Source: a virus
Lineage: Duplodnaviria; Caudoviricetes
Reading direction: 5' to 3' (one strand)
DNA length: 64,000 nucleotides
Virus record (IMG/VR): IMGVR_UViG_3300031992_000072
Coordinates: 1-64,000 of that record
Every line of letters starts with the position of its first letter. Within the stretch, counting starts at the first letter, position 1. The position numbers and the translations under genes were made by a program. Under the pieces are notes generated by a model, which was not told where the DNA came from, searched no databases, and was given only the letters and a program-made list of their open reading frames with translations. Below are positions 1-9,757 of the stretch, in pieces.

Positions 1-302
1 CGCGTTCTGCTGGTGTCATCATATGCATGATGGATTTCTCCCGAACGAAAAAGCATGAAGGCATAATGTTTAGGTTACTTATAACGTTATTATAAAAAAT
101 TTCATAAATCTCAGATAAAATCTGTCCATGTGTTTTGTTTTTCTTTCCTTTGTTGTCCAAAGAAAAGAGGTTTGCAACATATGGTTTTCCGTTATACATT
201 TTAAGCACACACCATCCAGGTCTACGCAAACTAAGATCTGCGGCGATAACCATATATTGTTCAGGAAATTCTATTTTTTTTATTTCTTCTGTTTTCTTTT
301 TT

Positions 303-569
303 TTAGGCATGTTTATCTACCGCCTTTCCGCATTTAGGGCAGTAGTTCCATTCTGGTTTATTTTCTATCCATGCAATTCCTTTTGATTGAATAACCCATG
401 TTTCGTTGCCGAGGAGCGGTCTGCCAATTGCGTCAATAAGCAGACCGCATCCAGAACAACGCCAGCCGTTATTTCCGGCGTCCAGTTCAAAATTAACCTT
501 TTCTTCCAAGGTAACTACTCCTTTCGAGTAGTTTGCCTTATGGTCTTTTGTAGTTTTTTTCAGTTGCAA
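303..569 (-). CDS. hypothetical protein with two CxxC motifs (Zn ribbon)
   Basis: ORF with CSGC and CPKC motifs, same strand as neighbours; true start may be internal. Confidence 0.6.
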   Translation of the reverse strand: MQLKKTTKDHKANYSKGVVTLEEKVNFELDAGNNGWRCSGCGLLIDAIGRPLLGNETWVIQSKGIAWIENKPEWNYCPKCGKAVDKHA

Positions 570-868
570 ACTACTTTGTTTCTACGAATTACTGTTTCTA
601 TTGCTTCTTCTCTTGCGTAAATAAAGTCCATACCGTACTTGTCTATATTTCTTCGCATTTCCTGTGCCATTTCTTCCTTCATTGAAAGAAACTCACTGTA
701 TGTACAGCCGAGCTCTTCTTCCATTTCCTTTTCGGTCATCTCTTCTCCATAGTTAATAATGTCCTCTATGTCGAATTTTTCTCTTTGTTCGAAAAAAGCT
801 TCATAAAGCTCGTCCGGCAGTAACTCAATGTTGTAAGTTACTCCATTAATCATCCTCGTTATCTTCAT
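560..868 (-). CDS. hypothetical acidic protein
   Basis: 102-aa ORF, overlaps next gene, RBS-like GGGTGGGTG upstream. Confidence 0.65.
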   Translation of the reverse strand: MKITRMINGVTYNIELLPDELYEAFFEQREKFDIEDIINYGEEMTEKEMEEELGCTYSEFLSMKEEMAQEMRRNIDKYGMDFIYAREEAIETVIRRNKVVCN

Positions 869-1005
869 CCAGCACCCACCCGAATCCTAATTCTCTGATT
901 TCATATTCATCCGCAACAGCAAATAAAGCATCTTCAATATATTCTCTGCTGGATGCTTCATAATCGTTGAGTACATAATTCTGGAAAATTTTTATAATCT
1001 GTTGC

Positions 1006-1224
1006 TTAGTCACAATATTCTATCTCCACTGTCCCTGTTGATGACTGATTAACTGCGCTTATTTCATGGTCAAATAATCCATCTTCATCTTTCCATTCAT
1101 CAACCATAGAATCATATTTCAGAATCATTCTGCCTTCTCTGTGTCTTAATGGAATATACTGATAGATTCTAAAGTTTACATTAAAGCAAAAAGTTTTGTT
1201 ATCGATTAATTCTTTTATTTTCAT
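1006..1224 (-). CDS. hypothetical protein
   Basis: 72-aa ORF with GGAGA RBS. Confidence 0.6.
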   Translation of the reverse strand: MKIKELIDNKTFCFNVNFRIYQYIPLRHREGRMILKYDSMVDEWKDEDGLFDHEISAVNQSSTGTVEIEYCD

Positions 1225-1364
1225 TTACATCTCCAGATAAGTTGAGATGCATTCGTAAATTGCTCTACGAACATCCTCATTACTTTTAATATTAAATTTT
1301 TCTTTTATTTTTTCTATTTCTTCGTCTGTTAAATAGATTGTGAAAGCCATAGTTGGTACAGCCA

Positions 1365-1793
1365 TTAACCACATCCCCAATCACTTATAAAATCAAGCTT
1401 TGATGCTATTTCGTTATGCGACAAGTCAAATACATTCTGAAGAACTTTTACCATATAACTAATTAATTCATCACAGGTTTTCGGATCTTCAGGCTTTAAC
1501 TGCCACGGATAAGGCGGTTGGTACAGTAAAAATGCTCTTCCGTTACCATCGTCTTCCCAACTCAAAATCTTTTTTTCGTCATAACCTTCAACCAGAAATT
1601 CAGCAAAGTTTGAATATGGATCGCCATAAAACCAGTCAGCGTCCAGAATATCGGCAACATCGTCGATACCTTCTGTTTGGTCTGGCTTAAACAGTTCTTT
1701 AATTTTTTCTTTCACAACCTTCTGGTTTAATGCTCCGTAAACAGAGTCCAAACAAAGTCCAAACCCATTAATTCCCCAGTAAGTCATGCTCAT
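1365..1793 (-). CDS. hypothetical protein
   Basis: 142-aa ORF, ATGA overlap with upstream gene. Confidence 0.7.
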   Translation of the reverse strand: MSMTYWGINGFGLCLDSVYGALNQKVVKEKIKELFKPDQTEGIDDVADILDADWFYGDPYSNFAEFLVEGYDEKKILSWEDDGNGRAFLLYQPPYPWQLKPEDPKTCDELISYMVKVLQNVFDLSHNEIASKLDFISDWGCG

Positions 1794-2362
1794 ATCAATT
1801 TCTCCAATTTGCTTTTTATTTCTTTTGCGAGCTTTTTCGGTAAAACTATTTTTATTGTTTCTTTAGCTGTTGCATACTTGTCAAAATATTTTTGTCCATA
1901 TTTCGCACGTAGTTGTTTAACAGCGTCTGATTGATTTGCTGGTTTTTCGTATTTCAGCAGAACTATGTCGGATGCTTCTTTGACAGATTGTGATGAATAT
2001 AACACATTTATTACTGTCTTATATTTTTGCAGTTCTTCCCAGAGATATTCCAGCTGTGTATGGATATCTCCAACTGAAGTCCCTTTCTTTTCCGCATAAT
2101 CAAGAAGTCCTTTTTTTCTTGTGCTGAAAGCCCATTGTGCCAGACCGTAAGCAATTCTATCCGACACGAATGAATTGTTCATTCTGCTGTCTGCTGCAGA
2201 TGTATATTGTTCGTTTGTCAATCCTGTTTTTTTCTTAACATTGTTCGCAAGAATTGGATTTAGGGAACTTTCAGCAAACAAATTTCCCATCATTGCAGCT
2301 GCCCCATAAGGATTATTCAATTTTTCATAAAGAAAATTCCAGATAATCTCTTCGTTACTCAT
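1790..2362 (-). CDS. phage tail-type lysozyme domain protein (Phage_lysozyme2-like)
   Basis: GAAAMMGNLFAESSLNP...YGLAQW...QLEYLWEEL...KYEKPA motifs typical of this family. Confidence 0.8.
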   Translation of the reverse strand: MSNEEIIWNFLYEKLNNPYGAAAMMGNLFAESSLNPILANNVKKKTGLTNEQYTSAADSRMNNSFVSDRIAYGLAQWAFSTRKKGLLDYAEKKGTSVGDIHTQLEYLWEELQKYKTVINVLYSSQSVKEASDIVLLKYEKPANQSDAVKQLRAKYGQKYFDKYATAKETIKIVLPKKLAKEIKSKLEKLI

Positions 2363-2633
2363 CGTCCTGATGCAGCGGAATTACAAATTTGTCTGTGAAA
2401 TCTTCCATATCCGCATTACCCCACAATAAAATTTCAAATTTATCTGCGTCGAATTTTATGCTATCTCCTTCGAACTTATAGGTAGGCCGTACAACAACCA
2501 GATCCTGCACATAAGCTCCATTAGGGTCTTCAATTCCAACATAAAGTTCTTTGTCAAATTCTCCCGTGTTCTGTTCAGAGACAAGTCTATAACCATTGGA
2601 AAGAGGTATTGTGAACCTACCCATTGTTCCCAC
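2355..2633 (-). CDS. hypothetical protein
   Basis: 92-aa ORF with GGAG RBS, overlapping neighbour. Confidence 0.65.
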   Translation of the reverse strand: MGTMGRFTIPLSNGYRLVSEQNTGEFDKELYVGIEDPNGAYVQDLVVVRPTYKFEGDSIKFDADKFEILLWGNADMEDFTDKFVIPLHQDDE

Positions 2634-2636
2634 TCC

Positions 2637-2969
2637 TTAATACGAATTTGTAGATATCATGTTCAATATTTCATCTGCTATTTGTGTCCAGGTATATTCT
2701 TTTCTGTTCATCCAGCCTTTTTCATAGATGCGGATGCCCATAGAAGTTGAGTCTACGAACCCTCCTTCAAAAGAGCTTCCTCCAATTCCGTATTCTTTCT
2801 TTAGAAAATCAGCAAACTCTTTCCTTGATAGAATTTCAGAACTTTTTTTAATTCTGTCTTTTCCACCTTCGAACCCAGAACCTCTTTTTAACGCTCTTCT
2901 GAGCTTCTGTCTTTGTTCCGGCAATAAATTCTCAGTATCTATCAATTCGAACATACTGATCTGTTGCAT
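2637..2969 (-). CDS. hypothetical protein (LKRGSGFEGGK...LKKEYGIGG motif, as seen in large mobile-element helicase/methylase proteins)
   Basis: start trimmed to MQQISMF after GGAGG RBS; motif recognised from memory. Confidence 0.55.
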   Translation of the reverse strand: MQQISMFELIDTENLLPEQRQKLRRALKRGSGFEGGKDRIKKSSEILSRKEFADFLKKEYGIGGSSFEGGFVDSTSMGIRIYEKGWMNRKEYTWTQIADEILNMISTNSY

Positions 2970-3189
2970 TGCATTCCTCCAGCATTTCAAGAACATCTTC
3001 GTCTGATATGTTAAAAGACTTTTTGTCAATGTAATTCGATGGATTACAAATTTCAGCAGCAATATGAAGTAAAGGTCGTGTATCATGGTCCATAAGATAA
3101 TGTTCGACACTCATTGATATCACAGGGCTATAAAACACTTGACCTTTATTATTCTGAAAAACGAACATTGCTTTATTTTCTGCAAACAT
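2932..3189 (-). CDS. hypothetical protein
   Basis: start trimmed to MFAENK after GGAGA RBS. Confidence 0.6.
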   Translation of the reverse strand: MFAENKAMFVFQNNKGQVFYSPVISMSVEHYLMDHDTRPLLHIAAEICNPSNYIDKKSFNISDEDVLEMLEECNATDQYVRIDRY

Positions 3190-3245
3190 ATCTTTCTCCA
3201 AATAAAAAAAGGGGCAGAGCAATAAAGCCCTGCCCCGAAAGTTAC

Positions 3246-3380
3246 TTACTGACGATTATATTCCTCATCAAGAGTTTCGTCCAGTTCCATCTCGGCAGAA
3301 GCCAACGCGTCTTTTGCGTCCTGAATAGCTTGCTTGTAGGTTTCTACTTCACTCATGAGTTGCTGAATTTTATTATCCAT
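3246..3380 (-). CDS. small coiled-coil hypothetical protein
   Basis: AAAGGAG RBS before MDNKIQQ; followed by terminator hairpin. Confidence 0.55.
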   Translation of the reverse strand: MDNKIQQLMSEVETYKQAIQDAKDALASAEMELDETLDEEYNRQ

Positions 3381-3586
3381 TTGTGCCTCTCCTTTGTAGC
3401 TGTCAATTAAGTTCATCAGGTCGTTTTGGTCTTCGTCGCCGTAGTTGTGTACACTCAAATACATCCACTCCTTTAATCTAAAAATATTAATCATGGGGCT
3501 GCTGCTGTCTTGATAGCGAGCCGCGGTTCTCCCTACCGTTATAGACCATTTAACCAAACTTGCACGTTTGGCACCCAACTTTCTTT

Positions 3587-3632
3587 CCTTTACGGTACAT
3601 TTCGCTTGACTTCAAGCTTCGGTACCGAACTA
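3587..3632 (-). promoter_or_regulatory. 46-bp conserved motif copy 1 (candidate phage RNAP promoter)
   Basis: cctttacggtacatttcgcttgacttcaagcttcggtaccgaacta; near-identical copies at 20052, 30227, 39868. Confidence 0.6.
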
Positions 3633-4031
3633 TTCTTCGTCATTCTCTTCGTCTTCGTAATCTTCAGATTCGTCACTTTCCTCATCTTCTATATCTTCAT
3701 CATAAACATCATAGACTTTCATTCTTTTATTCACACGTGTATCTGTTTTATCTCCTGACTTTTCTATCATAGCCATTAAACGTTTAACAGACATCGGTGA
3801 GGAAACAACTGATCCGTTATCTAAGAATATGGCTGACTTTGCTTTTGCCAAACCGCAGCCATTTATAAGTGTCCCATTTTTTCTTTCGTCTGTAATTACT
3901 TTTCTTGCCTGATGAATTTCTGTTGACATTATTGCCACAATACGAGTAGCGCATATAGAAACATCGAATTGACGATTGTCACTTCTTTTTGTAGAAATCC
4001 GGATAAACTTTAAAGGAATTGTATAACCCAT
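3630..4031 (-). CDS. RemA/DUF370-family regulator homolog with acidic tail
   Basis: ICATRIVAIMSTE..QARKVI..ERKNGTLI..CG..KAKSAIFLDNGSVVSSPMSVKRL aligns by eye with RemA VSANRIIAIVSPES..IKRII..AR..G.LIDAT.GR.TRAVII.DS.HVILS...ET...RL. Confidence 0.6.
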   Translation of the reverse strand: MGYTIPLKFIRISTKRSDNRQFDVSICATRIVAIMSTEIHQARKVITDERKNGTLINGCGLAKAKSAIFLDNGSVVSSPMSVKRLMAMIEKSGDKTDTRVNKRMKVYDVYDEDIEDEESDESEDYEDEENDEE

Positions 4032-4108
4032 GAGAGCATCATCCTTTCTTATTTTTTGTACGACGGGCGGCTTTGGGGCCGCCCGTCGCAGATGCTCCCA
4101 TAAATTGC

Positions 4109-4456
4109 TTAAAACGCATCCGTATCAATTTCTCCAAAACTACCGTTTCCAAAGATACTATCGACTGAATAACCGGAAAACTCTCCGGAGCTGTTATAAA
4201 TATTTTGTCCATTACCAAATGCGCTTTCAATTGTATACCCGGCAAAACCTTTTTCGTCACTATATAAATTCTGACCATTTCCTATGATACTATCAATCGA
4301 ATAACCCGTATGTTCTCCGTCAGCACTATAAAAATTCTGACCGTTTCCAAATACACTATCGATTGAATAACCAACGAAGTTCCCGTTTTCATCATAGAAA
4401 TTTCGACCATTACCGAATACACTATCAACACTATAGTATTTCATTTCTTTTACCAT
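4109..4456 (-). CDS. tandem-repeat protein, ~4.5 copies of a 22-aa GYSIDSVFGNGQNFY..(D/N)G unit
   Basis: repeat visible in translation; AAGGA RBS. Confidence 0.7.
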   Translation of the reverse strand: MVKEMKYYSVDSVFGNGRNFYDENGNFVGYSIDSVFGNGQNFYSADGEHTGYSIDSIIGNGQNLYSDEKGFAGYTIESAFGNGQNIYNSSGEFSGYSVDSIFGNGSFGEIDTDAF

Positions 4457-4459
4457 CCT

Positions 4460-5350
4460 TTAATTTCTATTGTTAGGGAGCACTTTGTATCCTTTTGCCC
4501 AAATATCATATTCTCCAGGCACAACTTCTTTTGCGCCGCCTTTATATATGTACTTGGGACTTTTGTTGTACTTTTCCAACAAAACACAATCTCCTTCGTT
4601 GAAGGGCTGTTTTGCAAAGTCGTCCTTTCGGACTCTTATTAAACCTGTTGTACCTCTTTGAACTGAATAAAACTTTGCTTTTATGCCATATTTATCATCC
4701 AGTTCCCTTACAAAATACAGGTTATTTGGTTGTTCTTTGTCGTATGACAAACATAATCCTACATTACTTAATTCAGACGCTAATCGCTGACTTATCGGAA
4801 GTTCTTCATTTGGCAAAGAATTCTCATATTCTCTGCACGCTTCAAGCCGAGTCTCATACGATTTAATTGTTTTAGTAAGTTTTTGCTTTCCTTCAAAGAA
4901 ATTTTCATAAACCTTCATAAGCTTGCCAGACTTACCAAAATCAATAAAGTAATTTAACTCTATGAGAATCGCTATCTGACGGGTGTCCAAACAAGTCTCC
5001 ATCTGAATGGCTCTTAGTACGTCTGTAAATGTAGAGTATGAATTCATGCCCAGCCGCTGCAGGTCTTGAGCAGCTTTCTTGGACATATATCGGATAGAAG
5101 ACAACGACTGTGAAATAGTTTCGTTTTCTCTGTCCACAACCCAGTCTCTGTTGTCTTGTCCAAATCTTCCGGCAGTTAATTTAATACCTTTATATTTCTG
5201 CATTTCTGAAATAATAGCCGATATTTTATCGGTATTTTTCTTTTCATCATACAGTTTGAGCATTGTTATATAAAGTTCATATGGATAATGAACCTTTAAC
5301 CATGCTGCATAGAGAGAATCACAAGCCATGCTGAAAGCATGAGCACAACA
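4460..5350 (-). CDS. dnaE: DNA polymerase III alpha (DnaE), exon 2: C-terminal fingers/HhH/OB region
   Basis: begins CCAHAFSMACDSLYAAWLKVHYP, continuing the Y-x-F-N-K-S-H-A motif from exon 1 (YMF|CCAHA). Confidence 0.85.
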   Translation of the reverse strand, partial: CCAHAFSMACDSLYAAWLKVHYPYELYITMLKLYDEKKNTDKISAIISEMQKYKGIKLTAGRFGQDNRDWVVDRENETISQSLSSIRYMSKKAAQDLQRLGMNSYSTFTDVLRAIQMETCLDTRQIAILIELNYFIDFGKSGKLMKVYENFFEGKQKLTKTIKSYETRLEACREYENSLPNEELPISQRLASELSNVGLCLSYDKEQPNNLYFVRELDDKYGIKAKFYSVQRGTTGLIRVRKDDFAKQPFNEGDCVLLEKYNKSPKYIYKGGAKEVVPGEYDIWAKGYKVLPNNRN

Positions 5351-6577
5351 CCTTACTACCGTCGGTTTCCCGATATTTATTAGCGGAGTAGACCATGTCA
5401 TCACCCTGTTTTACAGGGGCACAGCGCTTCCAAACGCCGGATTTCACGGCGAATGTACTTCCTTTCGGAATGGTCGTTACACCTTCTCTGATTAGTCAGA
5501 GCTTGGCACGAAGTCTGCATATATTTCAGAAAGTATTTGATTAAGTTTCTCTTTGATGTCATCTTTATATGTAATTTCATATAAATGTATATAATTGTTT
5601 TTGCAATATTCTTTCTTCAAAGGATCGGTAATTTCTCTTTGGTAATCACCAAAATGATCAGGCTGCGGAATATAATGTTGTATTCCTTGATATTCTATAA
5701 GTTTCATATTTCCATTATTGTCCCACAAAGCAAAATCGAAAAATACCGGATATCCTAAAGGAGAAAGCAAATCTGGAAACGAAAATGAAGACTTAAAAGG
5801 TATGTCATACTGCTTAAGCAGTTTACCAATTTCATATTCACCTTTTGAATTTAAACATCCACAGCTTATTTGTCCTCTTCGAAGAGCACTTGCAAATACA
5901 TTAAATTCACTTCCGCATTCCAAACATATACATTTATATTTTCCATAAGATGAAGTCTTATTATATTTAACAGACATAAGTTTCTCAACAACGTAAATTG
6001 AATTAATTGTTTTTCCAGTTAAGTCATATTTCATTCGTTGTTTTTCGAAGCGTTTACATCCACAACTTAAAACTGTTCCTTTTTTCAATTCTCTTGCATC
6101 AACAGTAATTGTTTTTCCGCATATGCATTGGCACAACCATCTTGTTATTTTACGTCCTGATATACCAATACGACTTTCTGCTCTTTCCTTAACTGTAAGA
6201 TATCCAAACTTTTGACCTGTTAAATCTTCGTATTTTCTGTTCTTGTAAAATTCTTCTTTAAGATGACCACAAGACTTGGTAGTAGATAAATTTGATTCGA
6301 TTACATCAGTTTCTTTTCCGCATGAGCATATACAATGCCATTTAGAGCGGACTCTACCTGTTGGAGTTTTATATGAAAACTTATTTTGCAGCAACAATTC
6401 TCCAACAATATCACCTGGTTTGTATTTCATTAAACTTATCACCACCTTCCTATGTAAAATATTACTTTCTGAAATACTTAGCTTTTCTTCGTTAGCCGCA
6501 TTTATGCGACACCCGACATATATCGGTTCACTGTGTTTTTCGACACACATTACTGTGTGAAGGTTCTATCTTTGTTA
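5351..6577 (-). mobile_element. group I intron in dnaE (1227 nt)
   Basis: exon 1 ends in U (TTT), intron begins with an in-frame TAA and ends in G; P1 GUUU/GAAC with U.G; core-like GTAACGACCATT and GACATGGTCTACTCC; splicing restores the frame and the conserved motif. Confidence 0.85.
5492..6430 (-). CDS. intron-encoded homing endonuclease: three DLTG..FG.LTV..W.C.C.CG..SCGC repeats plus C-terminal PD-(D/E)XK/Vsr-like (EDxHD-type) domain
   Basis: repeats and FDF...IEYQGIQHY motif; lies inside the intron; start trimmed to MKYKPG. Confidence 0.8.
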   Translation of the reverse strand: MKYKPGDIVGELLLQNKFSYKTPTGRVRSKWHCICSCGKETDVIESNLSTTKSCGHLKEEFYKNRKYEDLTGQKFGYLTVKERAESRIGISGRKITRWLCQCICGKTITVDARELKKGTVLSCGCKRFEKQRMKYDLTGKTINSIYVVEKLMSVKYNKTSSYGKYKCICLECGSEFNVFASALRRGQISCGCLNSKGEYEIGKLLKQYDIPFKSSFSFPDLLSPLGYPVFFDFALWDNNGNMKLIEYQGIQHYIPQPDHFGDYQREITDPLKKEYCKNNYIHLYEITYKDDIKEKLNQILSEIYADFVPSSD

Positions 6578-8860
6578 AAACATGTAATTCGCAGCATCCT
6601 CTATAATTCTCCATATTTGTTCAACTGTCTGATGTGCTTTTTCTTCTGAAGCACCTTCCTGCTCCTGAAGAACTTTAGTAAACCCATTTTTGAATTCTTC
6701 TTTTGCTGCTAATACTTTTTCAGTCTTCTTCTTCTTAATTGCTTTTGTTGTTGCGTAAGCTTTTGGACCTGGAATTCCTGCAGCTTTTAGAATCTGAAGA
6801 ATCTGTTCATCGAACATTAAGAAGCTGTCTGGAATTTCCTTTGTTGCCAAAAGATTATCAAGAGAAGGAATGTTGTATGCAAAATGTTGGCGACTGATAA
6901 ATGTACTGAGCATTGATTTAAAACCGGGTCTTATTGCAGCAATAAACGCTGATAATTCAGTTACATTCTTTGGCTTGTAAATCATGCAACGTTGAGATGA
7001 TTTCTCTCTTTCGACCTGGTTTAAACCAATCGTATAACCTTTAGCATACAAATCCCATACTTCTTTGTCGTCTTTAACAGCTTCAAGTAATTCGTCTACA
7101 GTCATTACAGGCAATCCAGCAGCTGTAAATGCATTGTAAATTGTTTTTACAACATCGACTCTTAAAAAGTCAGCCTTTAAATAGTTATAAGAGTCTGCTG
7201 TTTTACCATCAATATATGCCGCATATACAGCATCTTTAGATCCAGACTTTGACTTAACTCTTATTACGCCTATTTCTCTTCGCAAGTCTTTGTCCGAAAG
7301 GATATGCGCACATGGATGAGGAGAAATTGCTGTGATAATTCCTTTGTACTTTTTTGATTCTTCGATTAATTCAAGATACTTGTCCTCAATATAAGACTCT
7401 ATCTGAATATCATCATCTACGTTGTAATCAGGATCATCTGCATTATTTTCTCGCGCATGTTTTACGTCCATTTCGTAGTTTTGAATCTGTTTTGCAACAG
7501 CATTTGCAGTTTCAAAATCCAGATCTCTTGCTCTTGCCAGAAGCTTAAAAGCAGACAACGTTTTCGCTGTACCGTATGCAATCATCGGTAAACAACCATA
7601 CTCACCAAGAATTTCTTTTCCAGCCTTTTCAAAAGCTTCAACATTTGCCATGTTCAGATCCAAATCGGGTAATCCGTTAGCCAAACGATCTGCCGAAATA
7701 AATCTTTCAGGATACATTTTAACAGGACAATGCAATCTGTTAATGGATGAAAATCCCATAGCATAATTGGAAACAAACGATGCACCAGAGCCTCTGCCAG
7801 TCTTGGTAAGTACACCACCATATTCTATTCCTCTGTCTATTATCTTTTTCATTATTAAAGGATAATCGGCAGTGTTAGTACTGGTCATTGTGTCCATTTC
7901 AGCATGAATTTCAGCAGCTTCATCCTTTGTAGGCATTCCAGCTTTTCTGATATATTCATTGCACACAGTTTTCTTATATAGAAAATTACGTTTATCCAAC
8001 GTCATATCAGGATAAGGATTAGGTATCTTTTTTTCATTTGTAAAATGAATTCCTTCAAATTCTCTTAAAACCAAAGTATTTTCCATTGCTTCTTCTATTT
8101 GAGCACGGTTTAATACTCCTTGAGTTTTAAGCATTTCTACTGCTTCTTCAGCTGTAGGTAAATAAAGAAGAAATTCGTCTTCATTTCCATAAGTAATTTT
8201 GGAAGCAAGCAATAATTCTCTTCGAAGTTCTTTGTCTTCTTTTGTAATGTAATGACTGTCTGTTGCGAATATTAAAGGCCATCTATATTTCTTGGACATT
8301 TCCAACAGCCATTTATTTCTTTCTATCTGAATCTGCTGTGGATGAGGTTGCACTTCAAGATAAAAATTCTCTCTGAAAATATTTGATAATTCTACAGCAA
8401 GTTCTTCTGTGTCAATACCAGCAACACACGCTGTTGTGCATATAAAGTTTTTGTGATTTAGCCGCCGAAGCAGTTCAAAATCTACTCTTGCATGATAATA
8501 GAATCCTGTTAAATTAGCTTCAGAAAGAATTTCATTTAACTCATAGAAGCCTTCCATGTTTTTAGCCACAAGAATTAAATGATATCCTCTGTGTTCTTTC
8601 ACAGTTCTGTCTGGAACAAAGTATGCTTCAGCTGCTGCAAGTGGCGTCATTTTGAAGTCGTCTGAACTATACTTCAATGCAACTTCAAACTGCTGCCAGA
8701 CATTGGAACGGTTGCCATGTTCGGACATACAAAGAACATGATGACCTCGTTCTCTGTATACTTTCGCATAGTCTTCTATTGACATGGTAGAGTCTGGAGA
8801 CGTCAGAGCGTTACTATAAGATGTATGGCAATGATAATTTTCGAATTCAAGCAATGACAT
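6578..8860 (-). CDS. dnaE: DNA polymerase III alpha (DnaE), exon 1: PHP and polymerase domains
   Basis: YHCHTSYS PHP motif, GRGSGA, PERF, PDLD, HPCA, KADFL motifs. Confidence 0.92.
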
Positions 8861-8886
8861 CCCTCCTTTTATTAATCAATATCTCC

Positions 8887-9252
8887 TTAATTAAATAAAG
8901 AATTAATATCAATAATTTCTTTTGCTAAACAAGTATCTTTTATAAATGTAGTTTCTAAATCATATTCTTCATATTCTGTTGCAAGGTATCTTGTAAACAC
9001 AAATCCATTTGCTATAAGATTCAACGCGTCCTGCAAACTATACCAATGCATTAAATCTTCTTTTTTGCTACAAGACGAATTCCAATTTTTGCCATCTTTA
9101 TGATAGCGTTCATCATAGCCCATTGGTAAGTCTTTTGTTTTACAGTTTGGCAACTCTCCAATACCAAACACATATTCATTATGAGAGTTATACCATAAAC
9201 CATTACTTGGATCTGTACTTTCAAGACGGTATAACCATTTAGGGTTCTTCAT
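8887..9252 (-). CDS. hypothetical protein
   Basis: 121-aa ORF overlapping upstream gene. Confidence 0.7.
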   Translation of the reverse strand: MKNPKWLYRLESTDPSNGLWYNSHNEYVFGIGELPNCKTKDLPMGYDERYHKDGKNWNSSCSKKEDLMHWYSLQDALNLIANGFVFTRYLATEYEEYDLETTFIKDTCLAKEIIDINSLFN

Positions 9253-9601
9253 TTAATCCTTCGCTCTCCAGATCACTTAGATCAATAATGTTCATAGCAT
9301 CAGAAGAAACAACGGGCAACTTACCATTCCACTGCTGAATCATATTATACTTAATAAGTGATTCACTTAAAGTAGCGGCAATTTCTTTGTTAGCTTCAGC
9401 CTGAGCTTCTGCTTGTACTTTTACAGCATATGCTTTTGCATCAGCGTCAATCTTTTGAACATCAGCAGCGGCTTGCGCTTTAATACGCTCACGTTCGGCT
9501 TGTTGCTGCTGCTCCATCGTTTGTTTCTCTTGTTCAGTCTGCGCTATATGTTTGATTGTTTCAAGTTTGCATTCAGCTTCAGTCATAAGTTTCACCGCCA
9601 A
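9239..9601 (-). CDS. SPFH/prohibitin-like C-terminal coiled-coil fragment
   Basis: AERERIKAQAAAD...QAEAQAEANKEIAATLSESLIKYNMIQQWNGKLP is the typical SPFH C-terminus; the SPFH core domain is absent. Confidence 0.65.
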   Translation of the reverse strand: MAVKLMTEAECKLETIKHIAQTEQEKQTMEQQQQAERERIKAQAAADVQKIDADAKAYAVKVQAEAQAEANKEIAATLSESLIKYNMIQQWNGKLPVVSSDAMNIIDLSDLESEGLNEEP

Positions 9602-9757
9602 TTAGCCATTTGGTTCTTCGTCTGGTTCATCTTCCCTATACAATGTTGCAAATGGGAAAACATCATAATTCCCATTTTCATTGCCAAGAAATTCATACAA
9701 TCGTTTTTGACATTCTTCTGTTAAATCTGACCAGTAAATTTCAAATGTTTTTGTCAT
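9602..9757 (-). CDS. small hypothetical protein
   Basis: MTKTFEIYWSDL, ATGA overlap with DUF932 gene. Confidence 0.55.
   Translation of the reverse strand: MTKTFEIYWSDLTEECQKRLYEFLGNENGNYDVFPFATLYREDEPDEEPNG

Noticed and set aside
4039-4278. 79-aa alternative-frame ORF overlapping the repeat protein
   Set aside because: No RBS; open frame is explained by the overlapping repeat gene.
5351-6577. Intein in DnaE
   Set aside because: An in-frame stop follows exon 1, the nuclease has its own start, and group I RNA signatures are present.
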